The notes beneath the pieces are model-generated. The model did not search any database. It was not told the DNA's origin and was given only the letters and a program-made list of their open reading frames with translations. A stretch of 64,000 nucleotides of DNA from NCBI RefSeq assembly GCF_006345805.1, contig NW_021825821.1:310001-374000 (forward strand), read 5' to 3'. Every line of letters begins with the position of its first letter. The first letter of the stretch is position 1. This stretch comes from Octopus sinensis (Eukaryota). Both the position numbers and the translations under genes were made by a program. Below, in pieces: positions 1 through 11,509 of this stretch.

Positions 1-1234
1 CATTGGAGAATATGATAGTTGAACATAATCTTTTCAGAAATAGAGGTGGAGCCTGAAAAGAGATTCTGTAAAAATAAAAATGAAAAACTAGACCAAACGT
101 GTATAATCCTCTTTTAAAATAAATGACTGCATCCTTCGACGTAAATATGATACGTTTTCTTTACTTAATTTTTTGTTTTTATACCCTGCCTTTTCTTGCA
201 TCCAGCACAGGAATACTGCCCTATAGGATTTCTTTTTGTTTGGTGCTGATGTGTATTGGCAGTCCTTAATGCCGACTTTCCAATTTACGACGACTAGATA
301 ATTAAATTTTAAAGTTCTTCCAAGACATAAACGACATTCTAAATTCCGGCGACTTAGTTAAGAAAAACTATGATTTCTGCATTCGACCGCACGTGACCGT
401 CTTCAAAATATCGGCCAAATTTGAAAAGAAAGTGGGGAGAAATTATTGTCTCAATCCAGTCAGTTATATCAAATTACTTAACCTGTTTATTCTTCCAAAT
501 GGTTTAATGACAAAACAATTAGATGCTAGCTAGGTGAGTAGCTAAGAGAATAATCAAGAGCGTAAGCGTCAGCTCAACGACCATATTGAATGTTAGTTTT
601 TGCGGAGTAGAGCGATCTAGATTTGCTGAAAAAGCAGCCACCTGCTTATACATATCCTTGTCACGACAAAAGAGTACTTACATTTTACTATTATGAGGGA
701 CCTACTCCGTAATGCCAAAAAATCAAGAATAGGTTGGCTAAACTCTTAGAAACCAACAAAATCGCCGTTTTAATGAAAAAACCTCCAAAAACTGAGACCT
801 AAAATTAAAGATATGTCAAGAGAAACTACAAAGTTGATGGAAAAGTTGTCGGAAGACCAGAATATAGTAGATATTGTGAGGACCTAAAGTAATGAGTAAA
901 TACAGAAACCAGTAGCTGGTGAACAAAGCTCAACGTGATTTGAAAAAGCTATTTCTGAGTCTTTGAATGCACTGGATATTAGTGACATTAAATAATCAGA
1001 GTATGCAAAACTCTGCCGAACTAATACAGTCTGTTATGGACGTGCTGTGTCCTCTTACATTGAAGGTCATTATTCTCTTCAATTTAGAACCTACTTGTGC
1101 TCATGGTCCTGGCAGAGAATTTCGATTTCCATTCTCCGAGGGGACAATCAGGAAATTCTTTCTGCACAAAAATGATATTTCGTTATTTTAAAAATAATTT
1201 GTCTAAATTAAAAAATATTAATTCAACGTTTGTG

Positions 1235-1924
1235 ATGACGTGCGAATTTGTGATTCCTGGAGACATAGTTCCAAACACAAACGATGATACCCGCATTGTC
1301 GGATTTGGAATAAGAAAAGACGAAAGTAATATTTTTCGGTGTGTTATGGCTGGATATATACACCGAGATGGAAATAATATATCCATTGATTCAATTGGAA
1401 AGATTGTTTCTTTTATTTTTATTATTTCTAGTATATGCCCAAAGTTGGGGACTACGTAATCGGTGTTGTAACCAGCACAGGAGAGTACCACCGCGTCAAC
1501 ATCAACGGCACTGGTCCTGCTTCTCTAAACTCGAATGCCTTCGGTACCAGTAAAAAGAGTCGGCCAAACATTAACGTTATTTGTTGACTGATTTCAGATT
1601 GGGAGCATAGTTTTGGCCCGTGTTTTAAACTGTGGGCGAGGATGTGAGACTCAACTAACCTGCGACTCCCTCGTCAAGAAAGGTTCAAAGCTGGGACTGA
1701 TTGGAGAGAAGAACTTGCATTATTCCAGCAACGGAATGCTGTTTTCACTGCCTCCCCACATTTGTCGTAAACTAAGATGTATGCAAGTCCCTATTTTGAA
1801 CGATATTGGGAATGAATTTGCTTATGAAATTGTGGTTGGAATTAATGGATATGTTTTTGTCGATTCAACTAAACCTGAAAACACTTTGCTTATTTACAAA
1901 AAACTTGGTTCTCTTGTAAAATGA
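1235..1924 (+). CDS. EXOSC3: Exosome complex component RRP40, multi-exon; may extend to 2006 via a third intron
   Basis: Spliced translation MTCEFVIPGDIV...SIGKI|YMPKVGDYVIGVV...SKKSRPNIN|IGSIVLARV...EIVVGINGYVFV matches the RRP40 S1/KH pattern. Two GT-AG introns of 26 and 22 nt restore the frame. Confidence 0.85.
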
Positions 1925-2526
1925 ATTTTGTTTATATTTATTTCTGATGTGAATTAATTTCACCACCTAGATAATGGCGGATGGCCAGAGAGATTTGTTC
2001 GGATAAACCAGTGCTCAAACGGGTCGCTCTCTCCATAAGTAAACTAATCCTTCGATATTTTAAGAGTAGATTTCTGTATTTCTAACGTCTTACTGTCATG
2101 GAAACAAACTTCGGTGTTTATCACGTTTTTTTCATCTCGTTTATATCAGGCTCCCGGATTGTCGATTGGAAGTTTGATGTTCTGGTCGGACTAGGAAATC
2201 ACTCCAGGAGTTCGGATAAACCGCCGGATGATCTGGTTTAATACGACATACTGTTATTCTAGAGCAGGAGTTGTGGAAGTAGCACCAGCAGGTCAAGGAA
2301 ACAAGTCCCCGTTTCCCTAGATTGTGTTGGTTGCTGTAAGTGATTCGGCAAATAAATTAGAAAGCTGCCACTAGAAGAAATGATAAGAATGACATAAAAA
2401 ATAGGTAGAAATGAACTTTATATTTGTATCTTGTACTTTAAAAGGAGAATTTATGGAAATCTTTGGAGCTTCCATTAGACGTTAAAAATTACTTCTATAT
2501 TTTTGTATTAAAAAATTAGCAAAGTC

Positions 2527-3722
2527 TTATGTTGGCCGCAGTAAAGGGGGAAGACTGTGACCATTTGGAAGAGTTGTTTCAATTAGAAAAAGATCTGCAA
2601 AAAATTCATGAAAACAAGCATCTCGGGCGGAAATTCGATCTGTGGGCGTATAAATCAAAATCGAATCCATCAGATCTTGAACCAACTCAGCAGAACCAGT
2701 CAACAGCTACGAATATATTAAGGAAATACATTCTTCCAAGGTATCTTTTCCATATTCGGAAAGTTTCTGGAAGCGGATCGATCATTCATGGCGTTCATTT
2801 CGTTGTTGGTTGGACTCCCCAAAATCCTGACGATTTGTACAAATTGGTCCATATAATTCCTGCCACAGAAAATGGCAGTCCCAGTATAAAACTCCCCAAT
2901 CACACATCCTGCCGACCACATATCAGAAATAAGCCATTTAAATAACAACCAATGCTGTCCGTGTATTTCCTGGCCCCAATCACCAGTTCGGGAGCTCGAT
3001 AGAACCGAGAACATATATAGGCAACATTTGGTTCTTCGGGGACTAATTTCTTGGCACTGAAACTGGTTAAATAATAAAAACCTCCCAAAATCACACAATT
3101 TCAGAACACCCGTCTCAGGATTGACCAGCAGATTGCTTGGTTTTATGTCTCTGTGTACAATCCCCAAGGAATGGACGAAACTTAAGCTTAAGAACAGCTG
3201 GTATGTGTATAACTAGGACTGCTGGATTACAAAGAAACCTTAATTAGGATTTCTGGAATTTTGAGTCTTTCCATGTGATAGTAACGAATTATCCTCGCAA
3301 CGGTCTCGGGAAGGTATTCGAGAACCAAGTGAAGTACTACATCATTATCCTTGGACATAAAAAAACTCGCAAACTTTAAATTCAGAGTCCACTGAGTAAA
3401 AATAGTATATCAACGTGACTATATTTATATGCTGAAGTTGTCGCATTATTTGAAGCTCTCTGTTCTGAGAAATAACTTTTAATAAAACTTTGTATTTGTG
3501 ACGTTGAATTACGCGTTTTATTGCCACAACGGTGTCACGTGGAATTATTTTGGCACGAAAAACATGACCGAAATTACCACTCCCAATCAGAGTTAAATCT
3601 CTTATTGATATGTATTCGCTTTCGGAGTCGTTGTAGCCTCCATTTACTTTTACAGTAGTGTTTCCGTTTTCTGGAATATTATTGAGTAAATTACCCAAAT
3701 TGTTCATTTTTTGGAAATTCAT
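2527..3722 (-). CDS. GSK3: Divergent glycogen synthase kinase-3-like Ser/Thr kinase, 7 exons
   Basis: Motifs [59 protein letters not shown] and [10 protein letters not shown] join through six 23-26-nt introns. One intron (2924-2949) ends in TG. Confidence 0.9.
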
Positions 3723-3948
3723 TTTTGTTGAGGATTCTTATTTATGATATAAATTACGTTTTAAGTTTTTTGACCTAAATATAAATGGTAGTATAAACAA
3801 CAAAGATCAAAATGGATTTATATTGAAAATTTAATAAATTAAATAAAAATGATGAACCACATATTTAAAAAAATAAATTAAATTATCAAGACATTTCAAT
3901 AAAATTTACAAGTTTTCCAAGATATCCATAAGGACTTTCCACGTGTTT

Positions 3949-4527
3949 ATGAGATCAATTTTTTTGTATTTATCAAACTAGTAGCGAGTGGTTCTTACGG
4001 TCATTGTATTCTAGCCATACAAAGCAATAATATTACAATCAGATTGTGTAGCCTACAAAAAAGAAAAGCTTTACCTTCGAAGAGGCCAATTCGAAAGAGG
4101 ACTTGTATCTATAAATGTGAACGGATACTTCTCCAATTCCTCCGTGATTTTGACAAAAAGTATAATCTGTCGATCTAAAGACAAAGCAATTTTTACCGAC
4201 CAAGATCGTATCGACGAACTATTGACAGTGACTACAAAATGGTTATCTCCAGAATGTCATTAATTAAAAATATAATCAGGAACAAAACAAATATCCAAGG
4301 GACACATGGTATTCACAGGAGGAGAAAACTCGACCTAAGTGGACTATCATTACAACAAATGGGTGCTAATTTCAGGAAATGCCTTGATTCTTATCAGAGA
4401 AGCGTGGAAACCAACCAATACCCAAAGTATGGAAACAAATTCAAGTATTAATGGGGGAGCCGCGGAAAAACAGGTCCTATACTCAGGAATTATCAGCACA
4501 TCAATAAGTATTCTTGTCTACGGTTGA
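3949..4527 (+). pseudogene. Probable pseudogene of a secreted or membrane-anchored protein
   Basis: Adding one T to a T-run gives a signal-like N-terminus MRSIFFVFIKLVASGSYA. Two micro-intron-like segments start gtcatt and end in ag, the C-terminus is hydrophobic, and there are in-frame TGA and TAA stops. Confidence 0.35.
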
Positions 4528-4683
4528 AACAGTACATTTTTCGATGTAGCAAGACTATTTTTAAAATTGACTTTTCCAATTTGACTTTGTACGTTGGGAG
4601 ACTAATTGAGGTGCTAAAAGGCTTTCTGAGTCGGTCAAATTGATTTAAATCATGTTTTCAAAGAAAAAGTTTAGAGTTCGTGT

Positions 4684-5307
4684 GCAATCCCCAAGGAATG
4701 GCGTTGTGGGGGAACTGTTGACGAGTACGGTTTGCATCCCCTCGCATGCCGGCGGAGTGCCGGTCGTGCCCCCCGTCACTGTGAACTCAACTCGATCATA
4801 CAGAGAGCCCTCGCTTCAGCTGGCATCCCGTCAATCCTTGAACCTGTTGGATTGGATAGAGGATGGCAAACGCCCAGACGGCATGTCCACCTTCCCATAC
4901 GAGCAGGGGAAATCCCTTATTTGGGATTCTACCTGTTCGGACACGTTCTCGCTGGGAAATCTCGCTCTGTCCGCCGCCAATCCTGGGCACGCTTCGAGGC
5001 AGGCCGAGGAGCGAAAGATTCTCAAGTACGGCCACCTCTCCAACTCGCTGTTTTTTACTCCAATTGCCGTGGAGTCCTCCGGGATCTTCGGCCCCAAGAC
5101 ACTCCGCTTCCTTCGCTCGCTCGGTCGACGGATTTCAAGGACTAGCCACGATCCAAGAGAGTATTCTTGGCTCCTGGAACGTCTGTCGATTGCTGTGATC
5201 CGAGGGAACGGCTTCGCCATTCGCGAGGCTGGCCGGGTGTTTCGTGAGGCCTTTAATTAGCTTGGCTATCTTTTTACTTTTAGATATCGTTATTAGATTT
5301 AAAAAAA
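4684..5307 (+). mobile_element. 5'-truncated CRE-like non-LTR retrotransposon (zinc knuckle plus REL endonuclease) with A-tail and 11-bp TSD
   Basis: HPLACRRSAGRAPRH, DGKRPDG..FPYEQGKSLIWDSTCSDT and LSIAVIRGN motifs. AGAGTTCGTGT occurs at 4673-4683 and 5308-5318, with an A run just before the right copy. Confidence 0.85.
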
Positions 5308-5399
5308 AGAGTTCGTGTTGAAAGTTATATTTCATTTAAAGTAGACTGAGAGCTCTCAACGAATCACACTTCAAAAAATTCACTATCTCTTCTGTTATT

Positions 5400-6640
5400 T
5401 TCATTATATCTGGAATCTACTTACTAAACAACAAAGACTACAATGATACAATTATGTAGATTGCATACGATGACTAGTGGATTTTGTTTAAAATAAGAAG
5501 AAAACCCTTCAACTGCTTTTCAAAGTAATGGCACCTGTCAAAATGGTTTTGCATAATGAAAACCCAAAAATCTGAAGTTACATAAATAAAACGAAGTGAC
5601 TCGCAAAAATTGAGAGGAAAGCTAAAAGACCAAGAAACTTGGATTTTCCCTAAAAAATTAAGAATATCAGAAATATGAAGTTCATGTCTGCTGCCAAAAT
5701 GGACAAACTGATAAAGGATTTGATAGGCCGACATCCCTTCAGGTTTCTGCTCCAAATAAGAATTTATAAAACATTTATGAAACCTGTTTAAAATTCTAGG
5801 ACCTGGGGAGTCTATTTTCCAACTTTTAAAGTATTTAATCAAAAGACTCTTAGATTCAAGTGATCACGGAGTCGCGTTGGAATCTTTTTGAGTATATCTA
5901 AAGATTGAACCTAAGCACATTAGCAGATACAGCGAAAAATCACTGAGAGACGGTGAGATCTCAGAAGTCAACGTCCGACCATATAAAAATTAGATTTTGT
6001 GTTTTCCTTTCTGGTTTGGACAATTCCACGACTCAACGAGTTTTTAAAACAAACAAAAAATCATCAAAGTTTATGGCAAAGTTAAAAGAATTTTATCGAA
6101 AATTATGTTAAACAAGTATCAAGCCATCCATGATTATATATCTATTCTTGCGATCAAATTAGTTTTCGCAAACCACATCTTCACGTACTCACTTGAAGGT
6201 TCTATCGTTCCAAGCGTTCTTTCCACAGAAATTGCAGCTAAACCTCACTCAAGAACGCTTTTGACACCACAATGGACTAGAAACCTACTTTTAAATATGG
6301 TTTGAATAAAACTCTGAACTGTCCAAACTGTGACTTACTCAACCTAGCTTCATGATTATTTTCATAAGCTTTTCGTTAACTTAACCATATGTTATTTATG
6401 GTATATGTAAATATGTGTTCTATGGCAACGATAAAAAGAAATTTTAAAATTAGCAAGATTTGATATTTCAAGTGCATTTGATTTCTGAACAATAAATAAT
6501 GTTCAAAAAAATCGATTTGTTTGAAACTCGAAATTCTTAATGTCTAATATGAAATTAGCTAATCATAATGATATCAGAATAGTTCTTCATCCAGAACAAA
6601 GCAGGTTTTAATCCTCCTTCAGATAAAAACAAATCCATGT
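5400..6640 (-). pseudogene. Unidentified decayed host gene
   Basis: One frame reads as protein-like for several hundred nt (GLAAISVERTLG...SLYLLMCLGSIFRY...IKYFKSWKIDSPG) but has repeated TAA/TGA stops. Micro-intron-like segments are present. No family recognised. Confidence 0.3.
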
Positions 6641-7119
6641 CTGTTTATGCCAGCATTCAACAAAATGTCTGTCGTTTGAGGTTTTCATTTTCCTTAGGTC
6701 AGATATCTTTCTTGATTAAAATATATTCTTAAATAATATATATTTTTCACAGAACTTTCAATCTTCAAGTTCACTAAAACTTAACAAAGGTGGATAAGGT
6801 TATTTTCAAATGAAAAAATGTTTCTAAATTAATCAGATGAAATATCAAAACTCCGACAATGATTTAATCAAAACTAAAAATTTTATTAATGCGAAATTCT
6901 TTTAAAAGAATTAAAACGGCTTGAATATAGTTTAAACAATTTTCAAAATTGAAATTAATAACAGCATGTGATTAGGGGGTTATAACTCTTTAAATAATTT
7001 AATTTTTAACTTAAAACAGGAAAAACCAATAACCAAAAATTATGGTTCTGAATGATTTGTTTAGATAAAAATTTTTTTAAATAAGATAAACTCAAAATAA
7101 CAAGTAAAATAGAGAAGTT

Positions 7120-7215
7120 AACTAATTTAGATGAGTCGCCGAGCGGATGGACAGGCAATTTCCACGTAATATCGCGAACGATATCCGCTGAAAAAGCCAG
7201 CTCGTTTCACGACTG
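7120..7215 (-). mobile_element. CRE-like 3'-end fragment
   Basis: Reverse strand reads WLFQRISFAILRGNCLSIRS, the conserved C-terminus of the family. Confidence 0.6.
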
Positions 7216-7692
7216 TCGTGACTCCTCCTGGTTCTGAATAAGCAATGTAATGTTAATTAAAATAGTTAATTTTTTTAATAAAAATTATTTTTGAAATTTT
7301 TTAATCAGAACGTTTGTATTGAATAAAATACAGTTACAGTGAAGTTTTACTTTCCATTTAATAGGATTTTAAATAAAGTACTAGAAAACTTGATTAAAGA
7401 CTTTTCGAATAACTTTCAGTTTTAATATGTCACAAGCGCTACCGGTTACCAAGCGCTGCGTGTTACCGAATGCTCGAATTTAACATTTTAAAAATTTTTT
7501 ATAAAAATTAACACTTCCTCACTTTTTGGAGATCATTTTGCAACGCGACCGGAAACGTCATCCTTCGTCGATCACGAAAGCATTCCCCTTCGAACATGAA
7601 ATAATCTTTCATCGATCCGTCGGCTGGGGCAGCGAGATCCATACGCAGAATATGGACAAACAGTCTTCATCTGGCGACAGTAAAATCCTAAA

Positions 7693-8470
7693 TTAGAGGC
7701 CTACTCCTGCATTGTTGTAGATTCTAGAATTCGAAATTCTGGCAGGCCAGCTCACATCAAATAACAGTCTAAGCTGTTTTCTGTAAAACGCTTCAAGAGC
7801 CGTTGATTCGGCACTCATACAGGTCCAAGTGCCGACATTGTATAACATAATTGATTTCACAATATGTCTCTTCAACTAAAAGGAAAATTGCCCCATGCAT
7901 CACTATTTGCTTATGTGATGCAATAATTTGTCAATGGATGGCACAGATCCTTCCAACTTTGTGGTTAATTTGGATTTTAAATCCAAACTATACGCCAATT
8001 TAACTGAAATCTCCGTGTTTCATTCAAAAGTTTAATGTGTTTTGTTCCCTCGCTGCTTTTGAACCATCCTTGAAATCCATAGATCAGGAATGGTTCTATG
8101 GACGCAGAGTATACGTACAGAAGGATCTTCGGTTTGAATTGAAATCGTTTGAGAGCTTTCAGTTAGAAAATAAACCTTTTCTGTTCTGTTCTTCCAATCC
8201 TGACTGAGAGTTCAATATTGTAGATCAGCACTCAGATGATCCTTTGCAGAGATTCATACACAAATAGTTTAAGAACCTTCATAAGCTGGTGGCTGCTAAT
8301 AGTCTCAAATGCTCTAAAAATATTAATCCCATAGATGTCGTAGCAATTTCAAATCTTTGAGCAGTGCACAGAGACACCTATGGCACCACAGAATGTCCGC
8401 TGTCGACCTTCCTTCACAAAATACACTATGGCATGCTGACGTATATTTTACTGCCGGGTATTTTAACGAG
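7693..8470 (-). mobile_element. Degenerate RTE-like reverse transcriptase fragment
   Basis: STADILWCHR, RAFETISS and VKSIMLYNVGTWT...LEAFYRKQLR segments; homologous to 22930-23700. Confidence 0.65.
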
Positions 8471-8627
8471 TTCAGAGCGACAGACGCAAGAGCTTTGTTC
8501 AATAAAATTCTTTATAAGTTCACTTAAAAAAATAAGTTGTTATTTATTGTCGTATGTCATAGTGTTCGGGCTGTTGATAGTGTCCGGGCTGATAAGATCG
8601 ACTGATCACTTGAAAACATTAACCAAC

Positions 8628-8975
8628 TAAAATTTTTCGACTTATTTTTTCAATTTAGTCAAAAGTGCTACTGAAAAAGTCCCCGAAAATGTGTTCCTCT
8701 TCCACGACCTCCTTTCCCTAAAAAAATTTTCGACTTATTTTTGTTCAATTCAGTTAAAAGCATTACTTAGAAAGTCCTTGAAGATGTGGTCCTCACTTCC
8801 ACGACCTCCTTTCCCTAAAAAAATTTTCGACTTATTTTTGTTCAATTCAGTTAAAAGCATTACTTAGAAAGTCCTTAAAGATGTGGTCCTCACTTCCACG
8901 ACCTCCTCTCCCTAAAAAAATTTTCGATTTATTTTTTTTAATTTAGTTAAAAGTATTACTGATAAATTATTTCAA
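8628..8975. repeat. 97-bp tandem repeat, about 3.5 copies
   Basis: cctaaaaaaattttcga recurs at 8717, 8814 and 8911; the central units are nearly identical. Confidence 0.9.
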
Positions 8976-9099
8976 AATTATTTTTTAAAAAATAAAATTG
9001 CACGCTTTATCTTGATATTTGTTATGCCTTCTTCGTTCAGCATTAAAACTCCTGATGAATTAAAGAACATTATGAACTGATGAATTAAAGAACAAGAAG

Positions 9100-11320
9100 C
9101 TAGAATTAACTCAATTTTAACTAAAGAACACTCTATCGGACATCCAGGTGTTACCAAAATGTGCCATTTAATTTCCCAAAAATATATTGGTATCAGTCAA
9201 AAAGTTATTCGCCATTTTATATCGACTTGTGAATCCTGCAAATCACAATAATGAATATAAATGGATTCTTAATGTGATCGATTGCTATTCAAAATTTGCA
9301 TGGTCATTTCCTCTCATAAATAAGACATCACAAAATATAAGAAATTCATTTAAAGATTTGTTTTACTCAGTTGGGCCACCAGAAAGTCTACTTTGCAACT
9401 CAGAAGTGTCAACATTATTACGTGATTGGGGAATAAAGGCAATTCATGCAAGACCAAGACACCCTCAATCACAAGGTCAAGTAGAAAGATATAATCAGAC
9501 GCTAAAGCGTTGGTTAGCGAAAACTTTATTTGAATCAGAATCTAACAACTGGATTGACATATTGAAAAGTACCGTCTATAGATACAGTACCGGTCATATG
9601 TTTTAGACATTCTGAAAAAATCCCAGTGTTTGATTTTTCTAAGAAAAATCCAATAAAATAAAAGTTTTTTAGTAAGTATTATCTATATTATTTATATATT
9701 TATCATTTTCATATCTATCTTCGCTTTATCTTCGACTTCTTCATATGTTAAGGATTTGTCGAAATTGGCCCAGTCATATGTTTTAGACATTTTATTTAAA
9801 TTCATTATATTTCAATAAAATTTATACTTTTTTTTTCTATTTTTCGTATCGGAAACGTGTTTTAAATTAATTTGAAAGCAGTATGCCACGACTTTCTGTT
9901 GAACAGCGTCATAGAATTGTTTTTATGCGAGAAAATGGTCATACCGTACAGGAAATATCGATTTTACTTGGAATATCCAGATGCGCCGTAAATCACACTT
10001 ACCAACGGTATTTGGATGGAAATGGGTTTTACGACAGACCAAAATCTGGAAGAAATTGTATTCTTTCGGCACGTGCTCAAAGGAATCTTGTACGTGAGTC
10101 TCGACGTTTTCCCAAAAAAACAGCGAATGAAATCAGAAAAGACCTAAATATTACGGAAACCGTCAGTGTCGAAACTGTACGAAGAATCTTACGCAAAAAT
10201 GAACTTTTCGTAAGAATAGCAGCCAAAAACCTAGACTTTCAACTAATAATATCAAGAAGAGAAAAATATTCTGCACTAGAAACATTTCATTCGATTGGAA
10301 TAAGGTCATTTTTACTGACGAGTGCCGCATCGAATTAATTTCGAAAGCACGAGAATTCGTAAGGAGACCTCCTGGAAATAGATTCAATTCGAACTACACA
10401 ACGAAAACTCAGAAATTCGCACCTTCAATCATGGTTTGGGGCGGTATCAGACACGATGGAAAAAGTGCCTTGATATTGTGCGAAGGAAATGTAGATTCCG
10501 TAGAATATCAACGAATCTTGGAACAAGGGCTTTCTGAGATATATGATGATAACTTTATTTTCCAACAAGATGGTGCATCATGTCATACTTCACGGTCTAC
10601 AAAAAATTATTTGCTTGAAAAGGAGTGAATATTTTAAACAATTGGCCTGCACAATCGCCAGATCTTAACATAATAGAAAATTGCTGGCATTATTTAAAGA
10701 GCAAAATCAGAAATAGAAACCCTCAGAACGTTAAGCAACTATGGGAGATGGCAAAAGATGAATGGAACAAGATGGGAGATGATTATATTCAAAACTTGTA
10801 TTTGTCGATCCTAAATAGAATACATGATGTAATATCGAAAAAAGGAGATGTAACTAAATACTAACTTGTGTTTTAATTAATAAAAACTCGTTTTAACTTT
10901 TAAAAATTCCAGATTATGGATGTGCATCGTAAATGTCTAAAACATATGACTGGGCCAGTTTCGACAAAATCTATAAAAAGATCAAGATGTCGAAAATACA
11001 GTGACGATGAGATTGGAAAAAATAAATAACTAAAAAAAATGGATAATGCTTAATGAAAAGCATTTTTTTAATAAGATTTTTCTTTAGAAAAATCAAACAC
11101 TGGGATTTTTTCAGAATGTCTAAAACATATAACCGGTACTGTACAACATAACTATTCATCGTGCTACCGGACAGGCACCTTTCAGGTTAGCTACATGAAT
11201 TATATTTCTAGATTATTTTACGGGACTTCAGGATTCAATACAATTTCTTTGCTAGATAGTAAAGAAACCGAATCAGACAAAACCACTGATAATTTATCGG
11301 AAAATGAAACTCTAAATTTA
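9100..11320 (+). mobile_element. Ginger-like (Gypsy-integrase-type) DNA transposon gene, interrupted by Tc1 insertions; continues after 13486
   Basis: H2C2 zinc motif (EHSIGHPG...CESC), NVIDCYSKFAW, RPRHPQSQGQVERYNQTLK. After the Tc1 it continues YNITIHRATGQAPF[26-nt intron]RLFYG. Internal deletions remove catalytic segments. Confidence 0.75.
9585..11141 (+). mobile_element. Full-length Tc1-family transposon with IR/DR-type long TIRs and frameshifted transposase
   Basis: TA|CAGTACCGG...CCGGTACTG|TA ends. Inner repeats ggcccagtcatatgttttagacatt near 9770 and inverted near 10935. Paired HTH, MVWGGI, FQQDGASCH and WPAQSPDLNIIEN. Confidence 0.95.
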
Positions 11321-11509
11321 CAGTCCCGTCCAAATGTTAGAGGCACCCTATTTTTTCCCTAAAAAGGCACTTATTTATTATTTTTCGAAAGATTTTAAAG
11401 AATAAATTAAGTTTTTAAAGGAAATTAAACATTTCCAAAGTTTTTATAAATATTCGACCGATAGTATTCTCAAACTTGAAAAAAAATAATTGGTCGCTCA
11501 ATGTTAGAG

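Noticed and set aside
1-1100. Host gene at the window start
   Set aside because: Frames are short and stop-ridden with only vague RT- or transposase-like fragments; no supportable call.
3975-4010. Kinase glycine loop (LVASGSYGH)
   Set aside because: No downstream kinase motifs; better explained as a signal peptide followed by an intron.
4652-5260. 202-aa ORF and overlapping antisense ORFs as novel genes
   Set aside because: The ORF starts in flanking DNA upstream of the TSD and runs into a truncated retroelement. Overlapping frames reflect the GC-rich TE sequence.
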